Shown here: positions 43,716 through 51,900 of the stretch, piece by piece
Numbering within the stretch: position 1 is the first letter of the stretch
Layout of the letters: each line of letters begins with the position of its first letter
Source: Gemmatimonadales bacterium
GTDB lineage: Bacteria > Gemmatimonadota > Gemmatimonadetes > Gemmatimonadales > GWC2-71-9
NCBI GenBank assembly: GCA_035575675.1
Contig: DATLXS010000100.1
Location: forward strand, 30,259-94,258
DNA length: 64,000 nt
Direction: 5' to 3'
Translations under genes and position numbers: made by a program
Notes under the pieces: model-generated
Databases searched by the model: none
What the model saw: the letters and a program-made list of their open reading frames with translations, nothing else
What the model was told of the DNA's origin: nothing

Positions 43716-44506
43716 TCTTCTCTTGGTGATTCAAATTTGCGTGGGTTGACCGCGGCGATAACCGTCGCCCCCCACACCCCCGCTCCCACCGCGGCGTGCG
43801 CGGCCTGCAGCGCGCCAGGAAAGCCGAGCGCGATCATCGTCGCCGCAATCGTGATCTGTAGCAGGACGATCCCCAACACCCATCCCGCTCGTCGTTGATC
43901 GCGCGCCATCCACCAGATCACATACCCGGCGACGCTGTATGCGAGCAGCCGGTGAGTCCAGTGAACCCAGGCGAGCGGACCGGCGGTCGGGATGAGTTGC
44001 CCATTGCACAACGGGAAACCGCCGCACGACGCCATGGCGCCGAGGTTCGCCGTCAGCGCACCGAAGACGACAGTAACGAATGTGAGGGCAAGGAGGACGG
44101 CTGACCCCGGGCGCAGGCCTCGAGCCGCCACAATCAGCGCCGCGAGCAGGAGCATCGCCGTCGCGAGATGCAGGACTACCAAGGTCGGCGTCAGGCCGGT
44201 CTTCACGGTGACGGCGCCGAGGATGATCTGAACGATCAACAGGGCGAGTGCGGGCCAGGCTCGGCGCCAGTCGAGCACCACTAGACCGACCACCAGGATT
44301 GAAACCACCCCAGCCACCAGCCGGTGACTCCACTCGATCACAGTTGGTATGTCGCTAAGGGGAGGAACGAGGTGACCGTTGCACAGCGGCCAGTGGTTGC
44401 CGCAGCCCATCCCGGAGCCGCTGATGCGCACGATGGCGCCGAGGACGATGAGGAGGTAGGCGCAGGCGGCGGCGATCCAGGCGAGGGTGACGAAGCGTCG
44501 TGCCAT
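43682..44506 (-). CDS. ctaA: COX15/CtaA-family heme A synthase
   Basis: SGMGCGNHWPLCNG and CGGFPLCNG Cys pairs, conserved His in TM helices (WSHRL, WTHRL). The last 11 codons and the stop lie inside a repeat element. Confidence 0.8.
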   Translation of the reverse strand: MARRFVTLAWIAAACAYLLIVLGAIVRISGSGMGCGNHWPLCNGHLVPPLSDIPTVIEWSHRLVAGVVSILVVGLVVLDWRRAWPALALLIVQIILGAVTVKTGLTPTLVVLHLATAMLLLAALIVAARGLRPGSAVLLALTFVTVVFGALTANLGAMASCGGFPLCNGQLIPTAGPLAWVHWTHRLLAYSVAGYVIWWMARDQRRAGWVLGIVLLQITIAATMIALGFPGALQAAHAAVGAGVWGATVIAAVNPRKFESPREEAGPSPLRGSG

Positions 44507-44708
44507 GGGCGGTAGAATACGCACGGAAATGCCGGTGTTTCAAGGAGAGCAAACCGTTAACACTAGCCCCCTTGCGGGATTAGGGTTCGGGGGCCAGACT
44601 CTCGTTGACAGAGTTGAACTGGTGGTCCCGCCGGCCGCGCGCGGTAGTCCGTCACCTCGAGCGCGTGGCCCTGTCGTGGGTCTGAAAACCGCAGCTGAAG
44701 GAGGCAGT

Positions 44709-47700
44709 ATGACCGTCAATCGTTGGATCGTTCGTTCCACCCTCATAATCGGACTCGTCCTGCTCGGACTGATGCCGGCCGTCGCAAGTGCGCAGAACGC
44801 GACGACGGTGTCGGGGCAGGTGAAGTCCAGCGTGGGAGGCGCGCCATTGGTCGGCGCGATTGTGAGCATTCCCTCCCTGCGCCTGAACGCCACCACGGAT
44901 ATCGAAGGCCGGTATAGCCTCGTGGTGCCGGCGGGCAGCACCGGCGCGGTGACGTTGACCGTGCGGCGCATCGGCTTCCAGACGAGCTCCATGCAGGTCA
45001 CGCTCGGCGGCGCCGCGGTGCAGCAAGACGTCGCGCTCGTAGAAGGCGCGATCGAGCTGACCGGCAAGGTCGTCACGGCGCTCGGCATCGAACGCGAGCC
45101 GGGTAGCGTGTCCTTTGGTCAGCAGACCCTTTCCGGTGACCGGCTGTCCCAGGTGCCGACGCAGAACGTCGTGTCGGCGCTGCAGGGCAACGTCGCCGGC
45201 GTCCAGGTGACGAACTCCGCGAACCCGTTCGGTTCCGCGCGCATTGTCGTTCGCGGCAACAGCTCGATCCTCGGGCAGAACCAGCCGCTGATCATCGTCG
45301 ACGGTATTCCGATCGACAACTCCGCCGCCACGAACAGCGGCTACGGCGGCGGCTCGCTCGGTGGGTACGACGTCGGCAACGCGGCCGCGGATCTCAACGC
45401 GGACAACGTTGCGTCTGTGACCGTGCTGAAGGGCCCGAACGCCGCGGCGCTGTATGGCTCGCGCGCTGCGAACGGCGCGATCGTGTATACGACGAAGAGC
45501 GGCAAGGGCGCCCCGCAACAGGGCTTCGGCGTCACCGGGACGTTTGGCGCGAATATGGAGACGCCGCTGCGGCTGCCGGACTATCAGAACCAATACGGCC
45601 AGGGCTTCTCCGGCGCGTTCGACTTCGTCGACGGCAACGGTGGTGGGACGAACGACGAGGCCGACGAAAGCTGGGGGCCGAAGCTCGATGGTCGCACGAC
45701 CGGTTGCGATCGGGTCGGACCCCGGCCGGGCATTGGCCAGCCACAGAATTATGACACCTCGAAGCCATGCAACCAGTTCTTCGGAGCGGGGCCGTGGCAG
45801 GCGCACCCGAACAACGTGCGCGACTTCTGGCAAACGGGTCTCATCATCAACGCGAACGTCGCGGTGGCACGCAGTAGCGCGACGAGCAACGTGCGCTTGT
45901 CGGTCGGCCGCACGAATGAAAGCGGCATGTACCCGAAGAACACGAACAACCGCACCGACATCGCGCTTTCCGGTGGCACGCAGGTCTCCGATCACTGGAG
46001 CGCCGAGGCGTCGGTGAACTACATCCGGGACGGCATGCAGAATCAGCCGGCCCAGGCATACGAAGAGATCGATCCGATGCAGGGCTTCATCTGGTTCGGG
46101 CGCCAGGTGGACGTGAGCATGCTGAAGCAGAACGTCTTCCGCGATCCGAACGATCCGTTCACGAAGCAGATCCTGCGCGGCAATCCGAATCTGCGGACTG
46201 ACGCGCCCATCCCGTACAGCTGGAACTACAGCTATCACCCCAGCCCGTATTGGATGACGAACGTCAAGCAGACCGACTACTCGCGTAACCGCGGGCTTGG
46301 CCACGCGGCGGTCACTTACAAACTGAACGACTGGATCAGCGTGACCGGCCGGACGGGACGTGACTGGTATCAGAACCAGTTCCGCGCGAACTACCCCGTC
46401 AACGACATTTCCCCGTTCAGTCAGGGCGGATTCCTCGACGTCGGCGAGACCCGGAGTGAGACGAACAACGACTTCCTCGTTACGGCGAACCGGCCGTTGA
46501 CTCCAGCGCTGAGCCTGACCGTGAACGCGGGCGGCAACCAGCGCATCAACGACTTCAACACCAACATCGGGCAGGTGAGCGCCTTGGTGATCCCGGGCGT
46601 CTACACGCTGGCCAATTCGGACGGCGTCGCATTCGGGCAACTGTACGTGAGCCACAAGAAGGTGAATTCGCTGTACGGCTCGGCCAACTTCAACTTCAAG
46701 GACTGGCTCAACGTCGATATCACGGGCCGCAACGACTGGTCGTCGACGCTGCCCAAGAACGCGAACTCGCTGTTCTATCCGTCGATTGGCGCGGCCTTCG
46801 TCTTCACCGACGCCCTCAAGCTGCAAAACACCTTCCTGTCGTACGGCAAGGTGCGGGTGAGTTGGACGCGCGTGGGGAACGACACCGATCCGTATCAGCT
46901 GGCGGCGGTGTATGGCGCTGGGACGGCGTGGGCCGGCTCGCCCAGCTTCACCGCGCCGGACCGGCTCCCGAACGCCAGCTTGAAGCCGGAACAGACAACT
47001 GGCGAGGAACTCGGCGCCGACCTGGGCTTCTTGCGTGACAAAGTGATCCTCAACGCCACGGTTTATCAGAAGTCCACGACGAATCAAATCCTGCCGGTAT
47101 CGATCTCGGCCGCGACGGGGTACGGCAGCGCGGTCGTGAACTCCGGCGAAGTGCGCAACCGCGGTTTTGAGATCGCGGCGACGATGACGCCGATCGAGAA
47201 GCCGGACTTCCGCTGGAACGTCGTGGTGAACTGGTCGAAGAACAGCAACAAGGTCATGTCGCTCTACGGCGGCGTGTCGCGGATCGTGGTCGGCAATTAC
47301 TGGGGTGTGAACGTGACCGCCGACTCCGGCCAACCGTACGGCAACCTCGTCGGCTACAAATGGCAGCGTGACGCGCAGGGCCACATCGTCGTCGGCACGA
47401 ACGGCCGGCCGCTGCAGGATGCGAGCCAGCAGGTGCTCGGCAATTACAACCCGGACTGGGTGGGCGGGATCAGCAACACGATCAGCTACAAGCGCTTCAG
47501 CTTCTCGTTCTCGTTCGACGGCCAGATGGGCGGCCAGGTGTACTCGGTCACGAAGTGGTTCGGCCAGTACTCCGGCGTGCTCGCGAGCACATTGGCCGGC
47601 CGTGAGCTCGACTGGAACAATCCTGGCTACGTGGTACCGAACGCCGTCTACTTGGATACGGCGCGGGTCGACTGCGTCCCGTCGTGTGGGGCGCCTGACA

Positions 47701-48008
47701 CCACGCACGTGCTGGCGCAGAATTACTGGCACAACACGTTTAACGCGCAGGAGGCGGGCATCTTGGACGCGACGTACTTCAAGCTGCGCGAAGCTCGCCT
47801 GGCGTACACGCTCCCGTCCTCGGTTGCTCGCTTCCTCGGCTTCTCGGATGCGAACGTGGCCATCGTCGGGCGCAACCTGCTCTTGTTCGCCAAGCAAAAG
47901 ACCATCGATCCCGAAACCGCCTTCGACACGAGCAATCGCCAGGGTGTCGAGAACGGCCAGCTGCCGACCGCGCGCAGCATTGGCTTCACCATGTCCGTGC
48001 GGCCGTAG
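44709..48008 (+). CDS. SusC/RagA-family TonB-linked outer-membrane transporter
   Basis: GAAGGAGG RBS, a signal peptide, a CarboxypepD_reg-like N-domain (TVSGQVKS..GAPLVGAIVSI), a plug (IVVRGNSSILGQNQPLIIVDGIPI), and an aromatic-rich barrel ending in GFTMSVRP. Confidence 0.9.
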   Translation: MTVNRWIVRSTLIIGLVLLGLMPAVASAQNATTVSGQVKSSVGGAPLVGAIVSIPSLRLNATTDIEGRYSLVVPAGSTGAVTLTVRRIGFQTSSMQVTLGGAAVQQDVALVEGAIELTGKVVTALGIEREPGSVSFGQQTLSGDRLSQVPTQNVVSALQGNVAGVQVTNSANPFGSARIVVRGNSSILGQNQPLIIVDGIPIDNSAATNSGYGGGSLGGYDVGNAAADLNADNVASVTVLKGPNAAALYGSRAANGAIVYTTKSGKGAPQQGFGVTGTFGANMETPLRLPDYQNQYGQGFSGAFDFVDGNGGGTNDEADESWGPKLDGRTTGCDRVGPRPGIGQPQNYDTSKPCNQFFGAGPWQAHPNNVRDFWQTGLIINANVAVARSSATSNVRLSVGRTNESGMYPKNTNNRTDIALSGGTQVSDHWSAEASVNYIRDGMQNQPAQAYEEIDPMQGFIWFGRQVDVSMLKQNVFRDPNDPFTKQILRGNPNLRTDAPIPYSWNYSYHPSPYWMTNVKQTDYSRNRGLGHAAVTYKLNDWISVTGRTGRDWYQNQFRANYPVNDISPFSQGGFLDVGETRSETNNDFLVTANRPLTPALSLTVNAGGNQRINDFNTNIGQVSALVIPGVYTLANSDGVAFGQLYVSHKKVNSLYGSANFNFKDWLNVDITGRNDWSSTLPKNANSLFYPSIGAAFVFTDALKLQNTFLSYGKVRVSWTRVGNDTDPYQLAAVYGAGTAWAGSPSFTAPDRLPNASLKPEQTTGEELGADLGFLRDKVILNATVYQKSTTNQILPVSISAATGYGSAVVNSGEVRNRGFEIAATMTPIEKPDFRWNVVVNWSKNSNKVMSLYGGVSRIVVGNYWGVNVTADSGQPYGNLVGYKWQRDAQGHIVVGTNGRPLQDASQQVLGNYNPDWVGGISNTISYKRFSFSFSFDGQMGGQVYSVTKWFGQYSGVLASTLAGRELDWNNPGYVVPNAVYLDTARVDCVPSCGAPDTTHVLAQNYWHNTFNAQEAGILDATYFKLREARLAYTLPSSVARFLGFSDANVAIVGRNLLLFAKQKTIDPETAFDTSNRQGVENGQLPTARSIGFTMSVRP

Positions 48009-48028
48009 CCGCCCAGGAGAAAGACCAT

Positions 48029-49579
48029 ATGCGATACAAGATCCTGAGCGTCTTCGCCGCGCTGGCTGCAATTACGGCGTGCGGCGATTTGACGTCGATC
48101 AATCAAAACCCGAACGGCCCGGTGGATGTCCCACCGCCGTCGATCCTGCCCAGTGTCATTCAGGTATTGGCGAACAGCGTCAATGGTGTGACGAGCCTGA
48201 ATATCCGGGGCGGTGGGCTCTGGGTGCAGTACTACTCGGAAATCCAGTACCGCGACGAGGACAAATTCATCGTGCGGTCCGGCACGAGCGGCGGCTGGGG
48301 TCTGTACAGCAGCGTCCTGGAAGACGTCCAGCGTATGATCGTCAAAGGCCAGGCGTCCAACGCCCCCAACTGGACGTCGGTAGGCAAGGTCCTGAAGGCA
48401 TACACCTTCAGTGTCATGACCGATATGATGGGCGATCTCCCCTATTCGCAGGCGCTGCGGGGCGACACCGTCCTCCATCCGGTGTACGATTCGCAGCAGT
48501 CCATTTATGACAGTCTGTTCGCGAACCTGGCGGCGGCGAGCCCCGCATTCGATACCGCGGGCGGTGCCAGGGGTTTCTCGAATGGCGATCTGATGTACGG
48601 TGGTGACATGGCGAAGTGGCAGAAGTTCGCCAACTCGCTGCGGCTGCGGCTGGCGATCCATCTATCGAAGGCGGATCCGGCGAAGGCGCAGAGTGAAGCC
48701 GCGGCGGCCGTCGCTGCTGCCGGCGGCGTGTTCACGAGCAACGCCGACAACGCCGAGCTCCTGTACCTCGCAACTTCGCCAAACCAGAACCCGATTTACG
48801 CTGACGCCCACGTCGGCAACCGCGACGACTACGGGTTGAGCCGGTCGTTTGTAGACACCCTGAACAGCTGGAACGATCCCCGTCTGCCCGTTTACGCGCA
48901 GGTCCCTCCGGCTGGTACGGCGTATCGCGGTTTAGCGAATGGCCTGCTGGATGGTGAGAGGATCGACTCGCTCGACGCGCTGAAGTACATCTCGCGCATC
49001 GGGGCACTGTGGCGTGAGACGCCGGATGCTCCGTTGGTGTTGCTGGGGTACCCGGAGGTGCTGTTCCTCCAGGCCGAGGCGGCGGAGCGTGGCTGGATTC
49101 CGGGTGGCACGGCGGCTGCGGCGACGTTCTACACCAATGCCATTACTGCGGCGATGCGGCAGTTCGCCATTCCGGACACGACCATCACTCGCTACCTGGC
49201 GCAAGGGAAGGTGGCGTACGATTCCGCGTACGACTCCACCGGCGTTGCCCTTGGAGCGACGCTAGCCGGACACCTGCAACAGATCGCGTTCCAGAAATGG
49301 ATCGCGCTGTTCATGCAGGGGCCGGAAGCCTGGACGGAAGTGCGGCGCACGGGGGTCCCGACCATCGTGCCAGGATGCCACGCCGCGATGCCGAGTGGCG
49401 CGCGCTCGAATCCTGAGCGCCTGCCGTATGACGACAACGAGGGGGTCTTGAACGCAACCAACCTCACCGCTGCGGTCTCGGCTCAGGGATTTAGCGCGGG
49501 CAACGATATCTCCAAACCGCTGTGGTTCACCGGACGGACGACGAGCCCGGTTCGTCCACCGCCGGCTTACTGTCCGTAA
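48029..49579 (+). CDS. SusD/RagB-family outer-membrane lipoprotein
   Basis: Lipobox AAITAC, location directly after the SusC-like gene, and a TPR-like helical core (EVLFLQAEAAERGW). Confidence 0.8.
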   Translation: MRYKILSVFAALAAITACGDLTSINQNPNGPVDVPPPSILPSVIQVLANSVNGVTSLNIRGGGLWVQYYSEIQYRDEDKFIVRSGTSGGWGLYSSVLEDVQRMIVKGQASNAPNWTSVGKVLKAYTFSVMTDMMGDLPYSQALRGDTVLHPVYDSQQSIYDSLFANLAAASPAFDTAGGARGFSNGDLMYGGDMAKWQKFANSLRLRLAIHLSKADPAKAQSEAAAAVAAAGGVFTSNADNAELLYLATSPNQNPIYADAHVGNRDDYGLSRSFVDTLNSWNDPRLPVYAQVPPAGTAYRGLANGLLDGERIDSLDALKYISRIGALWRETPDAPLVLLGYPEVLFLQAEAAERGWIPGGTAAAATFYTNAITAAMRQFAIPDTTITRYLAQGKVAYDSAYDSTGVALGATLAGHLQQIAFQKWIALFMQGPEAWTEVRRTGVPTIVPGCHAAMPSGARSNPERLPYDDNEGVLNATNLTAAVSAQGFSAGNDISKPLWFTGRTTSPVRPPPAYCP

Positions 49580-49604
49580 AGAGACCTTGCAATGATGTGC
49601 GAAG

Positions 49605-49638
49605 CCCCCGGGGGGTCATCCTCCGGGGGTTTCTGTTT
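49605..49638 (+). terminator. intrinsic terminator after the SusD-like gene
   Basis: CCCCCGG-11 nt-CCGGGGG followed by TTTCTGTTT. Confidence 0.65.
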
Positions 49639-50111
49639 CAGGTGCTGTCGGTGTCTGCGCGGGCGAGGAAGATGAGGATCAAGCCGTGGCCGCTGCTCGG
49701 GTAGCCGGGGCGCGACGTCATTCCCATGGGATACACTTCGATGCGCTCCGTGGACACCGCCTGAATCGCGACGAGCGGGCAGGTATCGGTGGTGCGAGTT
49801 CCGTCGACGTAGACGTCGGGATCGTTATTGCCCTCGAGACTGTCCATGCCGCGCAGTTGGATCATTGGGCAGCGCGTGTACTGCGTCCACCCGGAGATAT
49901 GCAGCTGCGGCATGGCATGTCGGATGGCGTCGAGGACGGTGCGGCCCGGATCCGCGGTGAGTGCGCGGCCCTGGATGATCAAGCTGCCGGTCGTCGTGTG
50001 GGACAACGGCCTGCCGCCGGGGTCATTGGTGCGGTCATACGCCCGTGACGTCTGGCAACTCAGTGCGAGCAGGGACACCGCCGCGAGGCGCGGGAGCGAA
50101 CGGCAATGCAT
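49638..50111 (-). CDS. hypothetical lipoprotein
   Basis: GGAGGA RBS; MHCRSLPRLAAVSLLALSC lipobox. The DVYVDG segment is reminiscent of a plug-like fold. Confidence 0.45.
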   Translation of the reverse strand: MHCRSLPRLAAVSLLALSCQTSRAYDRTNDPGGRPLSHTTTGSLIIQGRALTADPGRTVLDAIRHAMPQLHISGWTQYTRCPMIQLRGMDSLEGNNDPDVYVDGTRTTDTCPLVAIQAVSTERIEVYPMGMTSRPGYPSSGHGLILIFLARADTDST

Positions 50112-50253
50112 GAAGAGTCCTCCAGGTGAGCCGAGTCCGACGTTCCAGTATGCCCCCCGGGGAGGCGCTGTCAAGCACCCCGGTTGTGTGCGCCGTGTGA
50201 GGGAGCGTTCTTTTATTCCCTCTTCATTATTTGAAAAAGACGAAGCGCGGCTT

Positions 50254-50288
50254 GTCATCCTGAGCGCCGAAGGCGCGAAGGACCTGCT
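50254..50288 (+). repeat. GTCATCCTGAGC...GAAGGACCTGCT structured repeat, short variant
   Basis: Same flanks; the core is GCGCC-gaa-GGCGC. Confidence 0.85.
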
Positions 50289-50307
50289 CTTGGGGGCCCA
50301 TCACAAA

Positions 50308-50356
50308 AGCAGGTCCTTCGCTACGCGCGCGTGCCGCGCGCTCCGCTCAGGATGAC
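50308..50356 (-). repeat. GTCATCCTGAGC...GAAGGACCTGCT structured repeat, long variant (reverse orientation)
   Basis: Inverted relative to 50254-50288 and separated from it by 19 nt, so the pair forms a long composite hairpin. Confidence 0.85.
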
Positions 50357-50435
50357 ATGCTCGCTGCTTGCTTGCAGGGGGAGAAAAAAGGAAGACCGCC
50401 GTCAGCCGCGTTTGGGCATCGTATATTGCCCTTCC

Positions 50436-51836
50436 ATGTCTGCATCGATAATGCCCGCCGACCGCTGGGGCGAGCGCTTGACGCGCCGCCTCGGCCTGTG
50501 GAGCGCCGTCGCCGTCCTGGTGGGCTCGACGATCGGCAGCGGCATCTTTCGCACGCCGGCGAGCGTCGCGCAGCGCATCGACGATGTCCCGCTGTTTCTG
50601 CTCGCGTGGGTGGTGGGCGCCGTGGTCGTGCTGTGCGGCGCGCTCACCTACTCGGAGCTCGCGGCGGCCTTCCCCCGTTCGGGCGGCGTGTACGTGTTCG
50701 TGCGCGAGTCGTTCGGCCGGCTGCCGGCGTTCCTGTTCGCGTGGGCCGAGCTGTGGGTGATCCGGCCGGGCGCGTACGGCGCGATCGGCATTACGGCATC
50801 CGCCTACACGCTCAGAACATTCGGCCTCGATCCCGCCGCCATCGTAGCGGCCATCGGCCCGATCGACATCCGCGCCGAGCAGCTGCTCGGCGCCGGATAC
50901 ATCATCCTGGTCGGCACAGTGAACTATTTCGGCATCCATCGCGGCGCCGTGCTACAGAACCTGAGCACCGTGTTCAAGGTCGGGGCGCTCGCGCTGCTCG
51001 TCGTGCTGGGCTTCGCGCTCGGCACCCGCTCGGCGGCGCTGCCCGCGGGCGGGATCTTCGCGCAGCGCGCCGCGGTCGGGCTGTCGCCGTTCTTGCTCGC
51101 GATGGTGGCGATTCTCTGGGCCTACGACGGCTGGGCCGATCTAGCGTTCGTAGGCGGCGAGGTGCGCGACCCGCAGAAGATTCTGCCGCGCGCGCTGCTG
51201 CTCGGCACCGCGACGGTCGTCGTGCTCTACCTGAGCGCCAACCTCGTGTACCTCTATCTGATTCCCATCGAGCAGATGAAGCACGCCGAGCTGGTCGCGG
51301 CGGACGTGGCAAAGCTCGTCATCGGTCCCGCGGGAGTCGTGGTGGTATCGGCGGCGATCGCGGTCAGCACGTTCGGGACGTTGAACGGCTCGATGATGAC
51401 CGCGCCGCGGATCTTCTTTGCCGCGGCGGAGGACAACCTGTTCCCCCGCCTGATCGCGCGCGTCGATCCGAAAACTCACGCGCCGACGGCCGCCGTGGTG
51501 CTGATGACCGTTATGGGGATGATCTTCATTCTGGTGCGAACCTTCACCGCGCTCGCGGACCAGTTCATCATCGGTATCTGGCCGTTCTACGCGCTGGCGG
51601 TCGCGGGGGTGTTCGTGCTGCGGCGCACCAAGCCGGACCTCGAGCGTCCCTACCGAACCTGGGGCTATCCAGTGGTGCCGCTCGTGTTTCTCGTGGCCGC
51701 GCTCTTCCTGCTCGGGAATTATCTCGTGCGCGAGACGGCCAGCTTCGCCGTCGATATTGGGATCATTCTGAGCGGCGTGCCGGCGTATATCCTGTGGGAG
51801 CAATTCCGGCGCCGCCGAGGCGCATCCGTCGGATAA
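50436..51836 (+). CDS. APC-superfamily amino-acid permease
   Basis: LVGSTIGSGIFRTPASVA and about 12 TM helices. Confidence 0.85.
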   Translation: MSASIMPADRWGERLTRRLGLWSAVAVLVGSTIGSGIFRTPASVAQRIDDVPLFLLAWVVGAVVVLCGALTYSELAAAFPRSGGVYVFVRESFGRLPAFLFAWAELWVIRPGAYGAIGITASAYTLRTFGLDPAAIVAAIGPIDIRAEQLLGAGYIILVGTVNYFGIHRGAVLQNLSTVFKVGALALLVVLGFALGTRSAALPAGGIFAQRAAVGLSPFLLAMVAILWAYDGWADLAFVGGEVRDPQKILPRALLLGTATVVVLYLSANLVYLYLIPIEQMKHAELVAADVAKLVIGPAGVVVVSAAIAVSTFGTLNGSMMTAPRIFFAAAEDNLFPRLIARVDPKTHAPTAAVVLMTVMGMIFILVRTFTALADQFIIGIWPFYALAVAGVFVLRRTKPDLERPYRTWGYPVVPLVFLVAALFLLGNYLVRETASFAVDIGIILSGVPAYILWEQFRRRRGASVG

Positions 51837-51842
51837 ACAACA

Positions 51843-51870
51843 GTAGGGGCGCAGCATGCTGCGCCCCTAC
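51843..51870. repeat. second identical copy of the 28-bp palindrome GTAGGGGCGCAGCATGCTGCGCCCCTAC
   Basis: Exact match to 9894-9921. Lies between the convergent permease and TBDR genes. Confidence 0.9.
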
Positions 51871-51900
51871 ATCAGCACTGCCCATCAGCCCATCAGCCCA

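Noticed and set aside
44507-44708. Cobalamin or TPP riboswitch upstream of the SusC-like transporter
   Set aside because: I compared the region by eye with the B12-box and THI-box consensus. A GGTGGTCCCGCC segment is superficially B12-like, but the surrounding conserved elements are missing. The region is kept only as an unassigned structured leader.
44652-48071. 1139-aa minus-strand ORF
   Set aside because: It is antisense to the SusC-like gene. The product is Arg/Ala/Gly/Pro/Val-rich with no recognisable motifs, the typical shadow frame of a GC-rich gene. The plus strand has a clear TonB-receptor sequence, RBS and signal peptide.
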